Origin: Eledone cirrhosa
Taxonomy: Eukaryota
Assembly (NCBI GenBank): GCA_964016885.1
Contig: OZ024740.1
Coordinates: forward strand, 417,880,001 to 417,944,000
Direction: 5' to 3'
DNA: 64,000 nucleotides
Position numbers and translations under genes: made by a program
The notes under the pieces: generated by a model
Seen by the model: only the letters and a program-made list of their open reading frames with translations
What the model was told of the DNA's origin: nothing
Database searches by the model: none
Part shown: one piece after another, positions 38,025 through 53,000 of the stretch
How the letters are laid out: every line of letters starts with the position of its first letter
Numbering within the stretch: the stretch's first letter is position 1

Positions 38025-41000
38025 GTCTACATCCCCGACATGACCAATACCATAGAAAGAGGTGGAGGTGTCTACAATCCTGACATGACCAACACCATAG
38101 AAAGAGGTGGAGGTGTCTACAATCCCGACATGACCAACACCATAGAAAGAGGTGGAGGTGTCTACATCCCCGACATGACCAACACCATAGAAAGAGGTGG
38201 AGGTGTCTACATCCCTGACATGACCAACACCATAGAAAGAGGTGGAGGTGTCTACATCCCCGACATGACCAACACCATAGAAAGAGGTGGAGGTGTCTAC
38301 ATCCCTGACATGACCAACACCATAGAAAGAGGTGGAGGTGTCTACATCCCTGACATGACCAACACCATAGAAAGAGGTGGAGGTGTCTACATCCCTGACA
38401 TGACCAACACCATAGAAAGAGGTGGAGGTGTCTATAATCCTGACATGACCAACACCATAGAAAGAGGTGGAGGTGTCTACAATCCTGACATGACCAACAC
38501 CATAGAAAGAGGTGGAGGTGTCTACAATCCCGACATGACCAACACCATAGAAAGAGGTGGATGTGTCTACATCCCCGACATGACCAACACCATAGAAAGA
38601 GGTGGAGGTGTCTACATCCCTGACATGACCAACACCATAGAAAGAGGTGGAGGTGTCTACATCCCTGACATGACCAACACCATAGAAAGAGGTGGAGGTG
38701 TCTACATCCCTGACATGACCAACACCATAGAAAGAGGTGGAGGTGTCTACATCCCTGACATGACCAACACCATAGAAAGAGGTGGAGGTGTCTACAATCC
38801 TGACATGACCAACACCATAGAAAGAGGTGGAGGTGTCTACATCCCTGACATGACCAACACCATAGAAAGAGGTGGAGGTGTCTACATCCCCGACATGACC
38901 AACACCATAGAAAGAGGTGGAGGTGTCTACATCCCTGACATGACCAACACCATAGAAAGAGGTGGATGTGTCTACATCCCCGACATGACCAACACCATAG
39001 AAAGAGGTGGAGGTGTCTACATCCCTGACATGACCAACACCATAGAAAGAGGTGGAGGTGTCTACATCCCTGACATGACCAACACCATAGAAAGAGGTGG
39101 AGGTGTCTACATCCCTGACATGACCAACACCATAGAAAGAGGTGGAGGTGTCTACAATCCTGACATGACCAACACCATAGAAAGAGGTGGAGGTGTCTAC
39201 AATCCTGACATGACCAACACCATAGAAAGAGGTGGAGGTGTCTACATCCTCGAAATGACCAACACCATAGAAAGAGGTGGAGGTGTCTACATCCCTGACA
39301 TGACCAACACCATAGAAAGAGGTGGAGGTGTCTACAATCCTGACATGACCAACACCATAGAAAGAGGTGGAGGTGTCTACATCCCCGACATGACCAACAC
39401 CATAGAAAGAGGTGGAGGTGTCTACATCCCTGACATGACCAACACCATAGAAAGAGGTGGAGGTGTCTACATCCCTGACATGACCAACACCATAGAAAGA
39501 GGTGGAGGTGTCTACATCCCTTACATGACCAACACCATAGAAAGAGGTGGAGGTGTCTACATCCCTGACATGACCAACACCATAGAAAGAGGTGGAGGTG
39601 TCTACATCCCTGACATGACCAACACCATAGAAAGAGGTGGAGGTGTCTACATCCCTTACATGACCAACACCATAGAAAGAGGTGGAGGTGTCTACATCCC
39701 TTACATGACCAACACCATAGAAAGAGGTGGAGGTGTCTACAATCCCGACATGACCAACACCATAGAAAGAGGTGGATGTGTCTATATCCCTGACATGACC
39801 AACACCATAGAAAGAGGTGGAGGTGTCTACATCCCTGACATGACCAACACCATAGAAAGAGGTGGAGGTGTCTACATCCCTGACATGACCAACACCATAG
39901 AAAGAGGTGGAGGTGTCTACATCCCTGACATGACCAACACCATAGAAAGAGGTGGAGGTGTCTACATCCCTTACATGACCAACACCATAGAAAGAGGTGG
40001 AGGTGTCTACATCCCTTACATGACCAACACCATAGAAAGAGGTGGAGGTGTCTACATCCCTTACATGACCAACACCATAGAAAGAGGTGGAGGTGTCTAC
40101 ATACCTTACATGACCAACACCATAGAAAGAGGTGGAGGTGTCTACATCCCTGACATGACCAACACCATAGAAAGAGGTGGAGGTGTCTACATCCCTTACA
40201 TGACCAACACCATAGAAAGAGGTGGAGGTGTCTACATCCCTGACATGACCAACACCATAGAAAGAGGTGGAGATGTCTACATCCCCGACATGACCAACAC
40301 CATAGAAAGAGGTGGAGATGTCTACATCCCCGACATGACCAACACCATAGAAAGAGGTGGAGGTGTCTACATCCCTGACATGACCAACACCATAGAAAGA
40401 GGTGGAGATGTCTACATCCCCGACATGACCAACACCATAGAAAGAGGTGGAGGTGTCTACATCCCTGACATGACCAACACCATAGAAAGAGGTGGAGGTG
40501 TCTACATCCCTGACATGACCAACACCATAGAAAGAGGTGGAGGTGTCTACAATCCTGACATGACCAACACCATAGAAAGAGGTGGAGGTGTCTACAATCC
40601 TGACATGACCAACACCATAGAAAGAGGTGGAGGTGTCTACATCCCTGACATGACCAACACCATAGAAGGAGGTGGAGGTGTCTACATCCCTGACATGACC
40701 AACACCATAGAAAGAGGTGGAGGTGTCTACAATCCTGACATGACCAACACCATAGAAAGAGGTGGAGGTGTCTACATCCCTGACATGACCAACACCATAG
40801 AAAGAGGTGGAGGTGTCTACATCCCTGACATGACCAACACCATAGAAAGAGGTGGAGGTGTCTACATCCCTGACATGACCAACACCATAGAAAGAGGTGG
40901 AGGTGTCTACAATCCTGACATGACCAACACCATAGAAAGAGGTGGAGGTGTCTATAATCCTGACATGACCAACACCATAGAAAGAGGTGGAGGTGTCTAC

Positions 41001-44000
41001 AATCCTGACATGACCAACACCATAGAAAGAGGTGGAGGTGTCTACAATCCCGACATGACCAACACCATAGAAAGAGGTGGAGGTGTCTACATCCCCGACA
41101 TGACCAACACCATAGAAAGAGGTGGAGGTGTCTATAATCCTGACATGACCAACACCATAGAAAGAGGTGGAGGTGTCTACAATCCTGATATGACCAACAC
41201 CATAGAAAGAGGTGGAGGTGTCTACAATCCCGACATGACCAACACCATAGAAAGAGGTGGAGGTGTCTACATCCCCGACATGACCAACACCATAGAAAGA
41301 GGTGGAGGTGTCTACAATCCTGACATGACCAACAACATAGAAAGAGGTGGAGGTGTCTACAATCCTGACATGACCAACACCATAGAAAGAGGTGGAGGTG
41401 TCTACAATCCTGACATGACCAACACCATAGAAAGAGGTGGAGGTGTCTACATCCCTGACATGACCAACACCATAGAAAGAGGTGGAGGTGTCTATAATCC
41501 TGACATGACCAACACCATAGAAAGAGGTGGAGGTGTCTACAATCCTGACATGACCAACACCATAGAAAGAGGTGGAGGTGTCTACAATCCCGACATGACC
41601 AACACCATAGAAAGAGGTGGATGTGTCTACATCCCCGACATGACCAACACCATAGAAAGAGGTGGAGGTGTCTACATCCCTGACATGACCAACACCATAG
41701 AAAGAGGTGGAGGTGTCTACATCCCTGACATGACCAACACCATAGAAAGAGGTGGAGGTGTCTACATCCCTGACATGACCAACACCATAGAAAGAGGTGG
41801 AGGTGTCTACATCCCTGACATGACCAACACCATAGAAAGAGGTGGAGGTGTCTACAATCCTGACATGACCAACACCATAGAAAGAGGTGGAGGTGTCTAC
41901 ATCCCTGACATGACCAACACCATAGAAAGAGGTGGAGGTGTCTACATCCCCGACATGACCAACACCATAGAAAGAGTTGGAGGTGTCTACATCCCTGACA
42001 TGACCAACACCATAGAAAGAGGTGGATGTGTCTACATCCCCGACATGACCAACACCATAGAAAGAGGTGGAGGTGTCTACATCCCTGACATGACCAACAC
42101 CATAGAAAGAGGTGGAGGTGTCTACATCCCTGACATGACCAACACCATAGAAAGAGGTGGAGGTGTCTACATCCCTGACATTACCAACACCATAGAAAGA
42201 GGTGGAGGTGTCTACAATCCTGACATGACCAACACCATAGAAAGAGGTGGAGGTGTCTACAATCCTGACATGACCAACACCATAGAAAGAGGTGGAGGTG
42301 TCTACATCCTCGAAATGACCAACACCATAGAAAGAGGTGGAGGTGTCTACATCCCTGACATGACCAACACCATAGAAAGAGGTGGAGGTGTCTACAATCC
42401 TGACATGACCAACACCATAGAAAGAGGTGGAGGTGTCTACATCCCCGACATGACCAACACCATAGAAAGAGGTGGAGGTGTCTACAATCCTGACATGACC
42501 AACACCATAGAAAGAGGTGGAGGTGTCTACATCCCTGACATGACCAACACCATAGAAAGAGGTGGAGGTGTCTACATCCCTGACATGACCAACACCATAG
42601 AAAGAGGTGGAGGTGTCTACATCCCTGACATGACCAACACCATAGAAAGAGGTGGAGGTGTCTACATCCCTGACATGACCAACACCATAGAAAGAGGTGG
42701 AGGTGTCTACATCCCTCACATGACCAACACCATAGAAAGAGGTGGAGGTGTCTACATCCCTGACATGACCAACACCATAGAAAGAGGTGGAGGTGTCTAC
42801 ATCCCTGACATGACCAACACCATAGAAAGAGGTGGAGGTGTCTACATCCCTTACATGACCAACACCATAGAAAGAGGTGGAGGTGTCTACATCCCTTACA
42901 TGACCAACACCATAGAAAGAGGTGGAGGTGTCTACAATCCCGACATGACCAACACCATAGAAAGAGGTGGATGTGTCTATATCCCTGACATGACCAACAC
43001 CATAGAAAGAGGTGGAGGTGTCTACATCCCTGACATGACCAACACCATAGAAAGAGGTGGAGGTGTCTACATCCCTTACATGACCAACACCATAGAAAGA
43101 GGTGGAGGTGTCTACATCCCTGACATGACCAACACCATAGAAAGAGGTGGAGGTGTCTACATCCCTGACATGACCAACACCATAGATAGAGGTGGAGGTG
43201 TCTACATCCCTTACATGACCAACACCATAGAAAGAGGTGGAGGTGTCTACATCCCTTACATGACCAACACCATAGAAAGAGGTGGAGGTGTCTACATCCC
43301 TTACATGACCAACACCATAGAAAGAGGTGGAGGTGTCTACAATCCCGACATGACCAACACCATAGAAAGAGGTGGATGTGTCTATATCCCTGACATGACC
43401 AACACCATAGAAAGAGGTGGAGGTGTCTACATCCCTGATATGACCAACAACATAGAAAGAGGTGGAGGTGTCTATATCCCTGACATGACCAACACCATAG
43501 AAAGAGGTAGAGGTGTCTACATCCCTGACATGACCAACACCATAGAAAGAGGTGGAGGTGTCTACATCCCTGACATGACCAACACCATAGAAAGAGGTGG
43601 AGATGTCTACATCCCCGACATGACCAACACCATAGAAAGAGGTGGAGGTGTCTACATCCCTGACATGACCAACACCATAGAAAGAGGTAGAGGTGTCTAC
43701 ATCCCTGACATGACCAACACCATAGAAAGAGGTGGAGGTGTCTACATCCCTGACATGACCAACACCATAGAAAGAGGTGGAGGTGTCTACATCCCTGACA
43801 TGACCAACACCATAGAAAGAGGTGGAGGTGTCTACATCCCTGACATGACCAACACCATAGAAAGAGGTGGAGGTGTCTACATCCCTGACATGACCAACAC
43901 CATAGAAAGAGGTGGAGGTGTCTACATCCCTGACATGACCAACACCATAGAAAGAGGTGGAGGTGTCTACAATCCTGACATGACCAACACCATAGAAAGA

Positions 44001-47000
44001 GGTGGAGGTGTCTACATCCCTGACATGACCAACACCATAGAAAGAGGTGGAGGTGTCTATAATCCTGACATGACCTACACCATAGAAAGAGGTGGAGGTG
44101 TCTACAATCCTGACATGACCAACACCATAGAAAGAGGTGGAGGTGTCTACAATCCCGACATGACCAACACCATAGAAAGAGGTGGATGTGTCTACATCCC
44201 CGACATGACCAACACCATAGAAAGAGGTGGAGGTGTCTACATCCCTGACATGACCAACACCATAGAAAGAGGTGGAGGTGTCTACATCCCTGACATGACC
44301 AACACCATAGAAAGAGGTGGAGGTGTCTACATCCCTGACATGACCAACACCATAGAAAGAGGTGGAGGTGTCTACATCCCTGACATGACCAACACCATAG
44401 AAAGAGGTGGAGGTGTCTACAATCCTGACATGACCAACACCATAGAAAGAGGTGGAGGTGTCTACATCCCTGACATGACCAACACCATAGAAAGAGGTGG
44501 AGGTGTCTACATCCCCGACATGACCAACACCATAGAAAGAGTTGGAGGTGTCTACATCCCTGACATGACCAACACCATAGAAAGAGGTGGATGTGTCTAC
44601 ATCCCCGACATGACCAACACCATAGAAAGAGGTGGAGGTGTCTACATCCCTGACATGACCAACACCATAGAAAGAGGTGGAGGTGTCTACATCCCTGACA
44701 TGACCAACACCATAGAAAGAGGTGGAGGTGTCTACATCCCTGACATGACCAACACCATAGAAAGAGGTGGAGGTGTCTACAATCCTGACATGACCAACAC
44801 CATAGAAAGAGGTGGAGGTGTCTACAATCCTGACATGACCAACACCATAGAAAGAGGTGGAGGTGTCTACATCCTCGAAATGACCAACACCATAGAAAGA
44901 GGTGGAGGTGTCTACATCCCTGACATGACCAACACCATAGAAAGAGGTGGAGGTGTCTACAATCCTGACATGACCAACACCATAGAAAGAGGTGGAGGTG
45001 TCTACATCCCCGACATGACCAACACCATAGAAAGAGGTGGAGGTGTCTACAATCCTGACATGACCAACACCATAGAAAGAGGTGGAGGTGTCTACATCCC
45101 TGACATGACCAACACCATAGAAAGAGGTGGAGGTGTCTACATCCCTGACATGACCAACACCATAGAAAGAGGTGGAGGTGTCTACATCCCTGACATGACC
45201 AACACCATAGAAAGAGGTGGAGGTGTCTACATCCCTGACATGACCAACACCATAGAAAGAGGTGGAGGTGTCTACATCCCTTACATGACCAACACCATAG
45301 AAAGAGGTGGAGGTGTCTACATCCCTGACATGACCAACACCATAGAAAGAGGTGGAGGTGTCTACATCCCTGACATGACCAACACCATAGAAAGAGGTGG
45401 AGGTGTCTACATCCCTTACATGACCAACACCATAGAAAGAGGTGGAGGTGTCTACATCCCTTACATGACCAACACCATAGAAAGAGGTGGAGGTGTCTAC
45501 AATCCCGACATGACCAACACCATAGAAAGAGGTGGATGTGTCTATATCCCTGACATGACCAACACCATAGAAAGAGGTGGAGGTGTCTACATCCCTGACA
45601 TGACCAACACCATAGAAAGAGGTGGAGGTGTCTACATCCCTTACATGACCAACACCATAGAAAGAGGTGGAGGTGTCTACATCCCTTACATGACCAACAC
45701 CATAGAAAGAGGTGGAGGTGTCTACATCCCTTACATGACCAACACCATAGAAAGAGGTGGAGGTGTCTACATCCCTGACATGACCAACACCATAGAAAGA
45801 GGTGGAGGTGTCTACATCCCTGACATGACCAACACCATAGAAAGAGGTGGAGGTGTCTACATCCCTTACATGACCAACACCATAGAAAGAGGTGGAGGTG
45901 TCTACATCCCTGACATGACCAACACCATAGAAAGAGGTGGAGGTGTCTACATCCCTTACATGACCAACACCATAGAAAGAGGTGGAGGTGTCTACATCCC
46001 TTACATGACCAACACCATAGAAAGAGGTGGAGGTGTCTACATCCCTGACATGACCAACACCATAGAAAGAGGTGGATGTGTCTATATCCCTGACATGACC
46101 AACACCATAGAAAGAGGTGGAGGTGTCTACATCCCTGATATGACCAACACCATAGAAAGAGGTGGAGGTGTCTACATCCCTTACATGACCAACACCATAG
46201 AAAGAGGTGGAGGTGTCTACATCCCTGACATGACCAACACCATAGAAAGAGGTGGAGATGTCTACATCCCCGACATGACCAACACCATAGAAAGAGGTGG
46301 AGGTGTCTACATCCCTGACATGACCAACACCATAGAAAGAGGTGGAGGTGTCTACATCCCTGACATGACCAACACCATAGAAAGAGGTGGAGGTGTCTAC
46401 ATCCCTGACATGACCAACACCATAGAAAGAGGTGGAGGTGCCTACATCCCTGACATGACCAACACCATAGAAAGAGGTGGAGGTGTCTACATCCCTGACA
46501 TGACCAACACCATAGAAAGAGGTGGAGGTGTCTACATCCCTGACATGACCAACACCATAGAAAGAGGTGGAGGTGTCTACATCCCTGACATGACCAACAC
46601 CATAGAAAGAGGTGGAGGTGTCTACAATCCTGACATGACCAACACCATAGAAAGAGGTGGAGGTGGCTACATCCCTGACATGACCAACACCATAGAAAGA
46701 GGTGGAGATGTCTACATCCCCGACATGACCAACACCATAGAAAGAGGTGGAGGTGTCTACATCCTGACATGACCAACACCATAGAAAGAGGTGGAGGTGT
46801 CTACATCCCTGACATGACCAACACCATAGAAAGAGGTGGAGGTGTCTACATCCCTGACATGACCAACACCATAGAAAGAGGTGGAGGTGTCTACATCCCT
46901 GACATGACCAACACCATAGAAAGAGGTGGAGGTGTCTACATCCCTGACATGACCAACACCATAGAAAGAGGTGGAGGTGTCTACATCCCTGACATGACCA

Positions 47001-50000
47001 ACACCATAGAAAGAGGTGGAGGTGTCTACATCCCTGACATGACCAACACCATAGAAAGAGGTGGAGGTGTCTACATCCCTGACATGACCAACACCATAGA
47101 AAGAGGTGGAGGTGTCTACAATCCTGACATGACCAACACCATAGAAAGAGGTGGAGGTGTCTACATCCATGACATGACCAACACCATAGAAAGAGGTGGA
47201 GGTGTCTACATCCCTGATATGACCAACACCATAGAAAGAGGTGGAGGTGTCTACATCCCCTACATGACCAACACCATAGAAAGAGGTGGAGATGTCTACA
47301 TCGCTGACATGACCAACACCATAGAAAGAGGTGGAGGTGTCTACATCCCTGACATGACCAACAACAGAGAAAGAGGTGGATGTGTCTACAATCCTGACAT
47401 GACCAACACCATAGAAAGAGGTGGAGGTGTCTACATCCCTGACATGACCAACACCATAGAAAGAGGTGGAGGTGTCTATAATCCTGACATGACCAACACC
47501 ATAGAAAGAGGTGGAGGTGTCTACAATCCTGACATGACCAACACCATAGAAAGAGGTGGAGGTGTCTACAATCCCGACATGACCAACACCATAGAAAGAG
47601 GTGGATGTGTCTACATCCCGACATGACCAACACCATAGAAAGAGGTGGGGGTGTCTACATCCCTGACATGACCAACACCATAGAAAGAGGTGGAGGTGTC
47701 TACATCCCTGACATGACCAACACCATAGAAAGAGGTGGAGGTGTCTACATCCCTGACATGACCAACACCATAGAAAGAGGTGGAGGTGTCTACATCCCTG
47801 ACATGACCAACACCATAGAAAGAGGTGGAGGTGTCTACATCCCTGACATGACCAACACCATAGAAAGAGGTGGAGGTGTCTACATCCCTGACATGACCAA
47901 CACCATAGAAAGAGGTGGAGGTGTCTACATCCCTGACATGACCAACACCATAGAAAGAGGTGGAGGTGTCTACAATCCTGACATGACCAACACCATAGAA
48001 AGAGGTGGAGGTGTCTACATCCCTGACATGACCAACACCATAGAAAGAGGTGGAGGTGTCTACATCCCTGACATGACCAACACCATAGAAAGAGGTGGAG
48101 GTGTCTACATCCCTGACATGACCAACACCATAGAAAGAGGTGGAGGTGTCTACATCCCTGACATGACCAACACCATAGAAAGAGGTGGAGGTGTCTACAA
48201 TCCTGACATGACCAACACCATAGAAAGAGGTGGAGGTGTCTACATCCCTGACATGACCAACACCATAGAAAGAGGTGGAGGTGTCTACATCCCTGATATG
48301 ACCAACACCATAGAAAGAGGTGGAGGTGTCTACATCCCCGACATGACCAACACCATAGAAAGAGGTGGAGATGTCTACATCGCTGACATGACCAACACCA
48401 TAGAAAGAGGTGGAGGTGTCTACATCCCTGACATGACCAACAACAGAGAAAGAGGTGGATGTGTCTACAATCCTGACATGACCAACACCATAGAAAGAGG
48501 TGGAGGTGTCTACATCCCTGACATGACCAACACCATAGAAAGAGGTGGAGGTGTCTATAATCCTGACATGACCAACACCATAGAAAGAGGTGGAGGTGTC
48601 TACAATCCTGACATGACCAACACCATAGAAAGAGGTGGAGGTGTCTACAATCCCGACATGACCAACACCATAGAAAGAGGTGGATGTGTCTACATCCCCG
48701 ACATGACCAACACCATAGAAAGAGGTGGGGGTGTCTACATCCCTGACATGACCAACACCATAGAAAGAGGTGGAGGTGTCTACATCCCTGACATGACCAA
48801 CACCATAGAAAGAGGTGGAGGTGTCTACATCCCTGACATGACCAACACCATAGAAAGAGGTGGAGGTGTCTACATCCCTGACATGACCAACACCATAGAA
48901 AGAGGTGGAGGTGTCTACATCCCTGACATGACCAACACCATAGAAAGAGGTGGAGGTGTCTACATCCCTGACATGACCAACACCATAGAAAGAGGTGGAG
49001 GTGTCTACATCCCTGACATGACCAACACCATAGAAAGAGGTGGAGGTGTCTACATCCCTGACATGACCAACACCATAGAAAGAGGTGGAGGTGTCTACAA
49101 TCCTGACATGACCAACACCATAGAAAGAGGTGGAGGTGTCTACATCCCTGACATGACCAACACCATAGAAAGAGGTGGAGGTGTCTACATCCCTGATATG
49201 ACCAACACCATAGAAAGAGGTGGAGGTGTCTACATCCCCGACATGACCAACACCATAGAAAGAGGTGGAGATGTCTACATCGCTGACATGACCAACACCA
49301 TAGAAAGAGGTGGAGGTGTCTACATCCCTGACATGACCAACAACAGAGAAAGAGGTGGATGTGTCTACAATCCTGACATGACCAACACCATAGAAAGAGG
49401 TGGAGGTGTCTACATCCCTGACATGACCAACACCATAGAAAGAGGTGGAGGTGTCTATAATCCTGACATGACCAACACCATAGAAAGAGGTGGAGGTGTC
49501 TACAATCCTGACATGACCAACACCATAGAAAGAGGTGGAGGTGTCTACAATCCCGACATGACCAACACCATAGAAAGAGGTGGATGTGTCTACATCCCCG
49601 ACATGACCAACACCATAGAAAGAGGTGGGGGTGTCTACATCCCTGACATGACCAACACCATAGAAAGAGGTGGAGGTGTCTACATCCCTGACATGACCAA
49701 CACCATAGAAAGAGGTGGAGGTGTCTACATCCCTGACATGACCAACACCATAGAAAGAGGTGGAGGTGTCTACATCCCTGACATGACCAACACCATAGAA
49801 AGAGGTGGAGGTGTCTACATCCCTGACATGACCAACACCATAGAAAGAGGTGGAGGTGTCTACATCCCTGACATGACCAACACCATAGAAAGAGGTGGAG
49901 GTGTCTACATCCCTGACATGACCAACACCATAGAAAGAGGTGGAGGTGTCTACAATCCTGACATGACCAACACCATAGAAAGAGGTGGAGGTGTCTACAT

Positions 50001-53000
50001 CCCTGACATGACCAACACCATAGAAAGAGGTGGAGGTGTCTACATCCCTGACATGACCAACACCATAGAAAGAGGTGGAGGTGTCTACATCCCTGACATG
50101 ACCAACACCATAGAAAGAGGTGGAGGTGTCTACATCCCTGACATGACCAACACCATAGAAAGAGGTGGAGGTGTCTACAATCCTGACATGACCAACACCA
50201 TAGAAAGAGGTGGAGGTGTCTACATCCCTGACATGACCAACACCATAGAAAGAGGTGGAGGTGTCTACATCCCTGATATGACCAACACCATAGAAAGAGG
50301 TGGAGGTGTCTACATCCCCGACATGACCAACACCATAGAAAGAGGTGGAGATGTCTACATCGCTGACATGACCAACACCATAGAAAGAGGTGGAGGTGTC
50401 TACATCCCTGACATGACCAACAACAGAGAAAGAGGTGGATGTGTCTACAATCCTGACATGACCAACACCATAGAAAGAGGTGGAGGTGTCTACATCCCTG
50501 ACATGACCAACACCATAGAAAGAGGTGGAGGTGTCTATAATCCTGACATGACCAACACCATAGAAAGAGGTGGAGGTGTCTACAATCCTGACATGACCAA
50601 CACCATAGAAAGAGGTGGAGGTGTCTACAATCCCGACATGACCAACACCATAGAAAGAGGTGGATGTGTCTACATCCCCGACATGACCAACACCATAGAA
50701 AGAGGTGGAGGTGTCTACATCCCTGACATGACCAACACCATAGAAAGAGGTGGAGGTGTCTACATCCCTGACATGACCAACACCATAGAAAGAGGTGGAG
50801 GTGTCTACATCCCTGACATGACCAACACCATAGAAAGAGGTGGAGGTGTCTACATCCCTGACATGACCAACACCATAGAAAGAGGTGGAGGTGTCTACAT
50901 CCCCGACATGACCAACACCATAGAAAGAGTTGGAGGTGTCTACATCCCTGACATGACCAACACCATAGAAAGAGGTGGATGTGTCTACATCCCCGACATG
51001 ACCAACACCATAGAAAGAGGTGGAGGTGTCTACATCCCTGACATGACCAACACCATAGAAAGAGGTGGAGGTGTCTACATCCCTGACATGACCAACACCA
51101 TAGAAAGAGGTGGAGGTGTCTACATCCCTGACATGACCAACACCATAGAAAGAGGTGGAGGTGTCTACAATCCTGACATGACCAACACCATAGAAAGAGG
51201 TGGAGGTGTCTACAATCCTGACATGACCAACACCATAGAAAGAGGTGGAGGTGTCTACATCCTCGAAATGACCAACACCATAGAAAGAGGTGGAGGTGTC
51301 TACATCCCTGACATGACCAACACCATAGAAAGAGGTGGAGGTGTCTACAATCCTGACATGACCAACACCATAGAAAGAGGTGGAGGTGTCTACATCCCCG
51401 ACATGACCAACACCATAGAAAGAGGTGGAGGTGTCTACAATCCTGACATGACCAACACCATAGAAAGAGGTGGAGGTGTCTACATCCCTGACATGACCAA
51501 CACCATAGAAAGAGGTGGAGGTGTCTACATCCCTGACATGACCAACACCATAGAAAGAGGTGGAGGTGTCTACATCCCTGACATGACCAACACCATAGAA
51601 AGAGGTGGAGGTGTCTACATCCCTGACATGACCAACACCATAGAAAGAGGTGGAGGTGTCTACATCCCTTACATGACCAACACCATAGAAAGAGGTGGAG
51701 GTGTCTACATCCCTGACATGACCAACACCATAGAAAGAGGTGGAGGTGTCTACATCCCTGACATGACCAACACCATAGAAAGAGGTGGAGGTGTCTACAT
51801 CCCTTACATGACCAACACCATAGAAAGAGGTGGAGGTGTCTACATCCCTTACATGACCAACACCATAGAAAGAGGTGGAGGTGTCTACAATCCCGACATG
51901 ACCAACACCATAGAAAGAGGTGGATGTGTCTATATCCCTGACATGACCAACACCATAGAAAGAGGTGGAGGTGTCTACATCCCTTACATGACCAACACCA
52001 TAGAAAGAGGTGGAGGTGTCTACATCCCTTACATGACCAACACCATAGAAAGAGGTGGAGGTGTCTACATCCCTTACATGACCAACACCATAGAAAGAGG
52101 TGGAGGTGTCTACATCCCTGACATGACCAACACCATAGAAAGAGGTGGAGGTGTCTACATCCCTGACATGACCAACACCATAGAAAGAGGTGGAGGTGTC
52201 TACATCCCTTACATGACCAACACCATAGAAAGAGGTGGAGGTGTCTACATCCCTGACATGACCAACACCATAGAAAGAGGTGGAGGTGACTACATCCCTT
52301 ACATGACCAACACCATAGAAAGAGGTGGAGGTGTCTACATCCCTTACATGACCAACACCATAGAAAGAGGTGGAGGTGTCTACATCCCTTACATGACCAA
52401 CACCATTGAAAGAGGTGGAGGTGTCTACAATCCCGACATGACCAACACCATAGAAAGAGGTGGATGTGTCTATATCCCTGACATGACCAACACCATAGAA
52501 AGAGGTGGAGGTGTCTACATCCCTGATATGACCAACAACATAGAAAGAGGTGGAGGTGTCTACATCCCTGACATGACCAACACCATAGAAAGAGGTGGAG
52601 GTGTCTACATCCCTGACATGACCAACACCATAGAAAGAGGTGGAGATGTCTACATCCCCGACATGACCAACACCATAGAAAGAGGTGGAGGTGTCTACAT
52701 CCCTGACATGACCAACACCATAGAAAGAGGTGGAGGTGTCTACATCCCTGACATGACCAACACCATAGAAAGAGGTGGAGGTGTCTACATCCCTGACATG
52801 ACCAACACCATAGAAAGAGGTGGAGGTGTCTACATCCCTGACATGACCAACACCATAGAAAGAGGTGGAGGTGTCTACATCCCTGACATGACCAACACCA
52901 TAGAAAGAGGTGGAGGTGTCTACATCCCTGACATGACCAACACCATAGAAAGAGGTGGAGGTGTCTACAATCCCGACATGACCAACACCATAGAAAGAGG

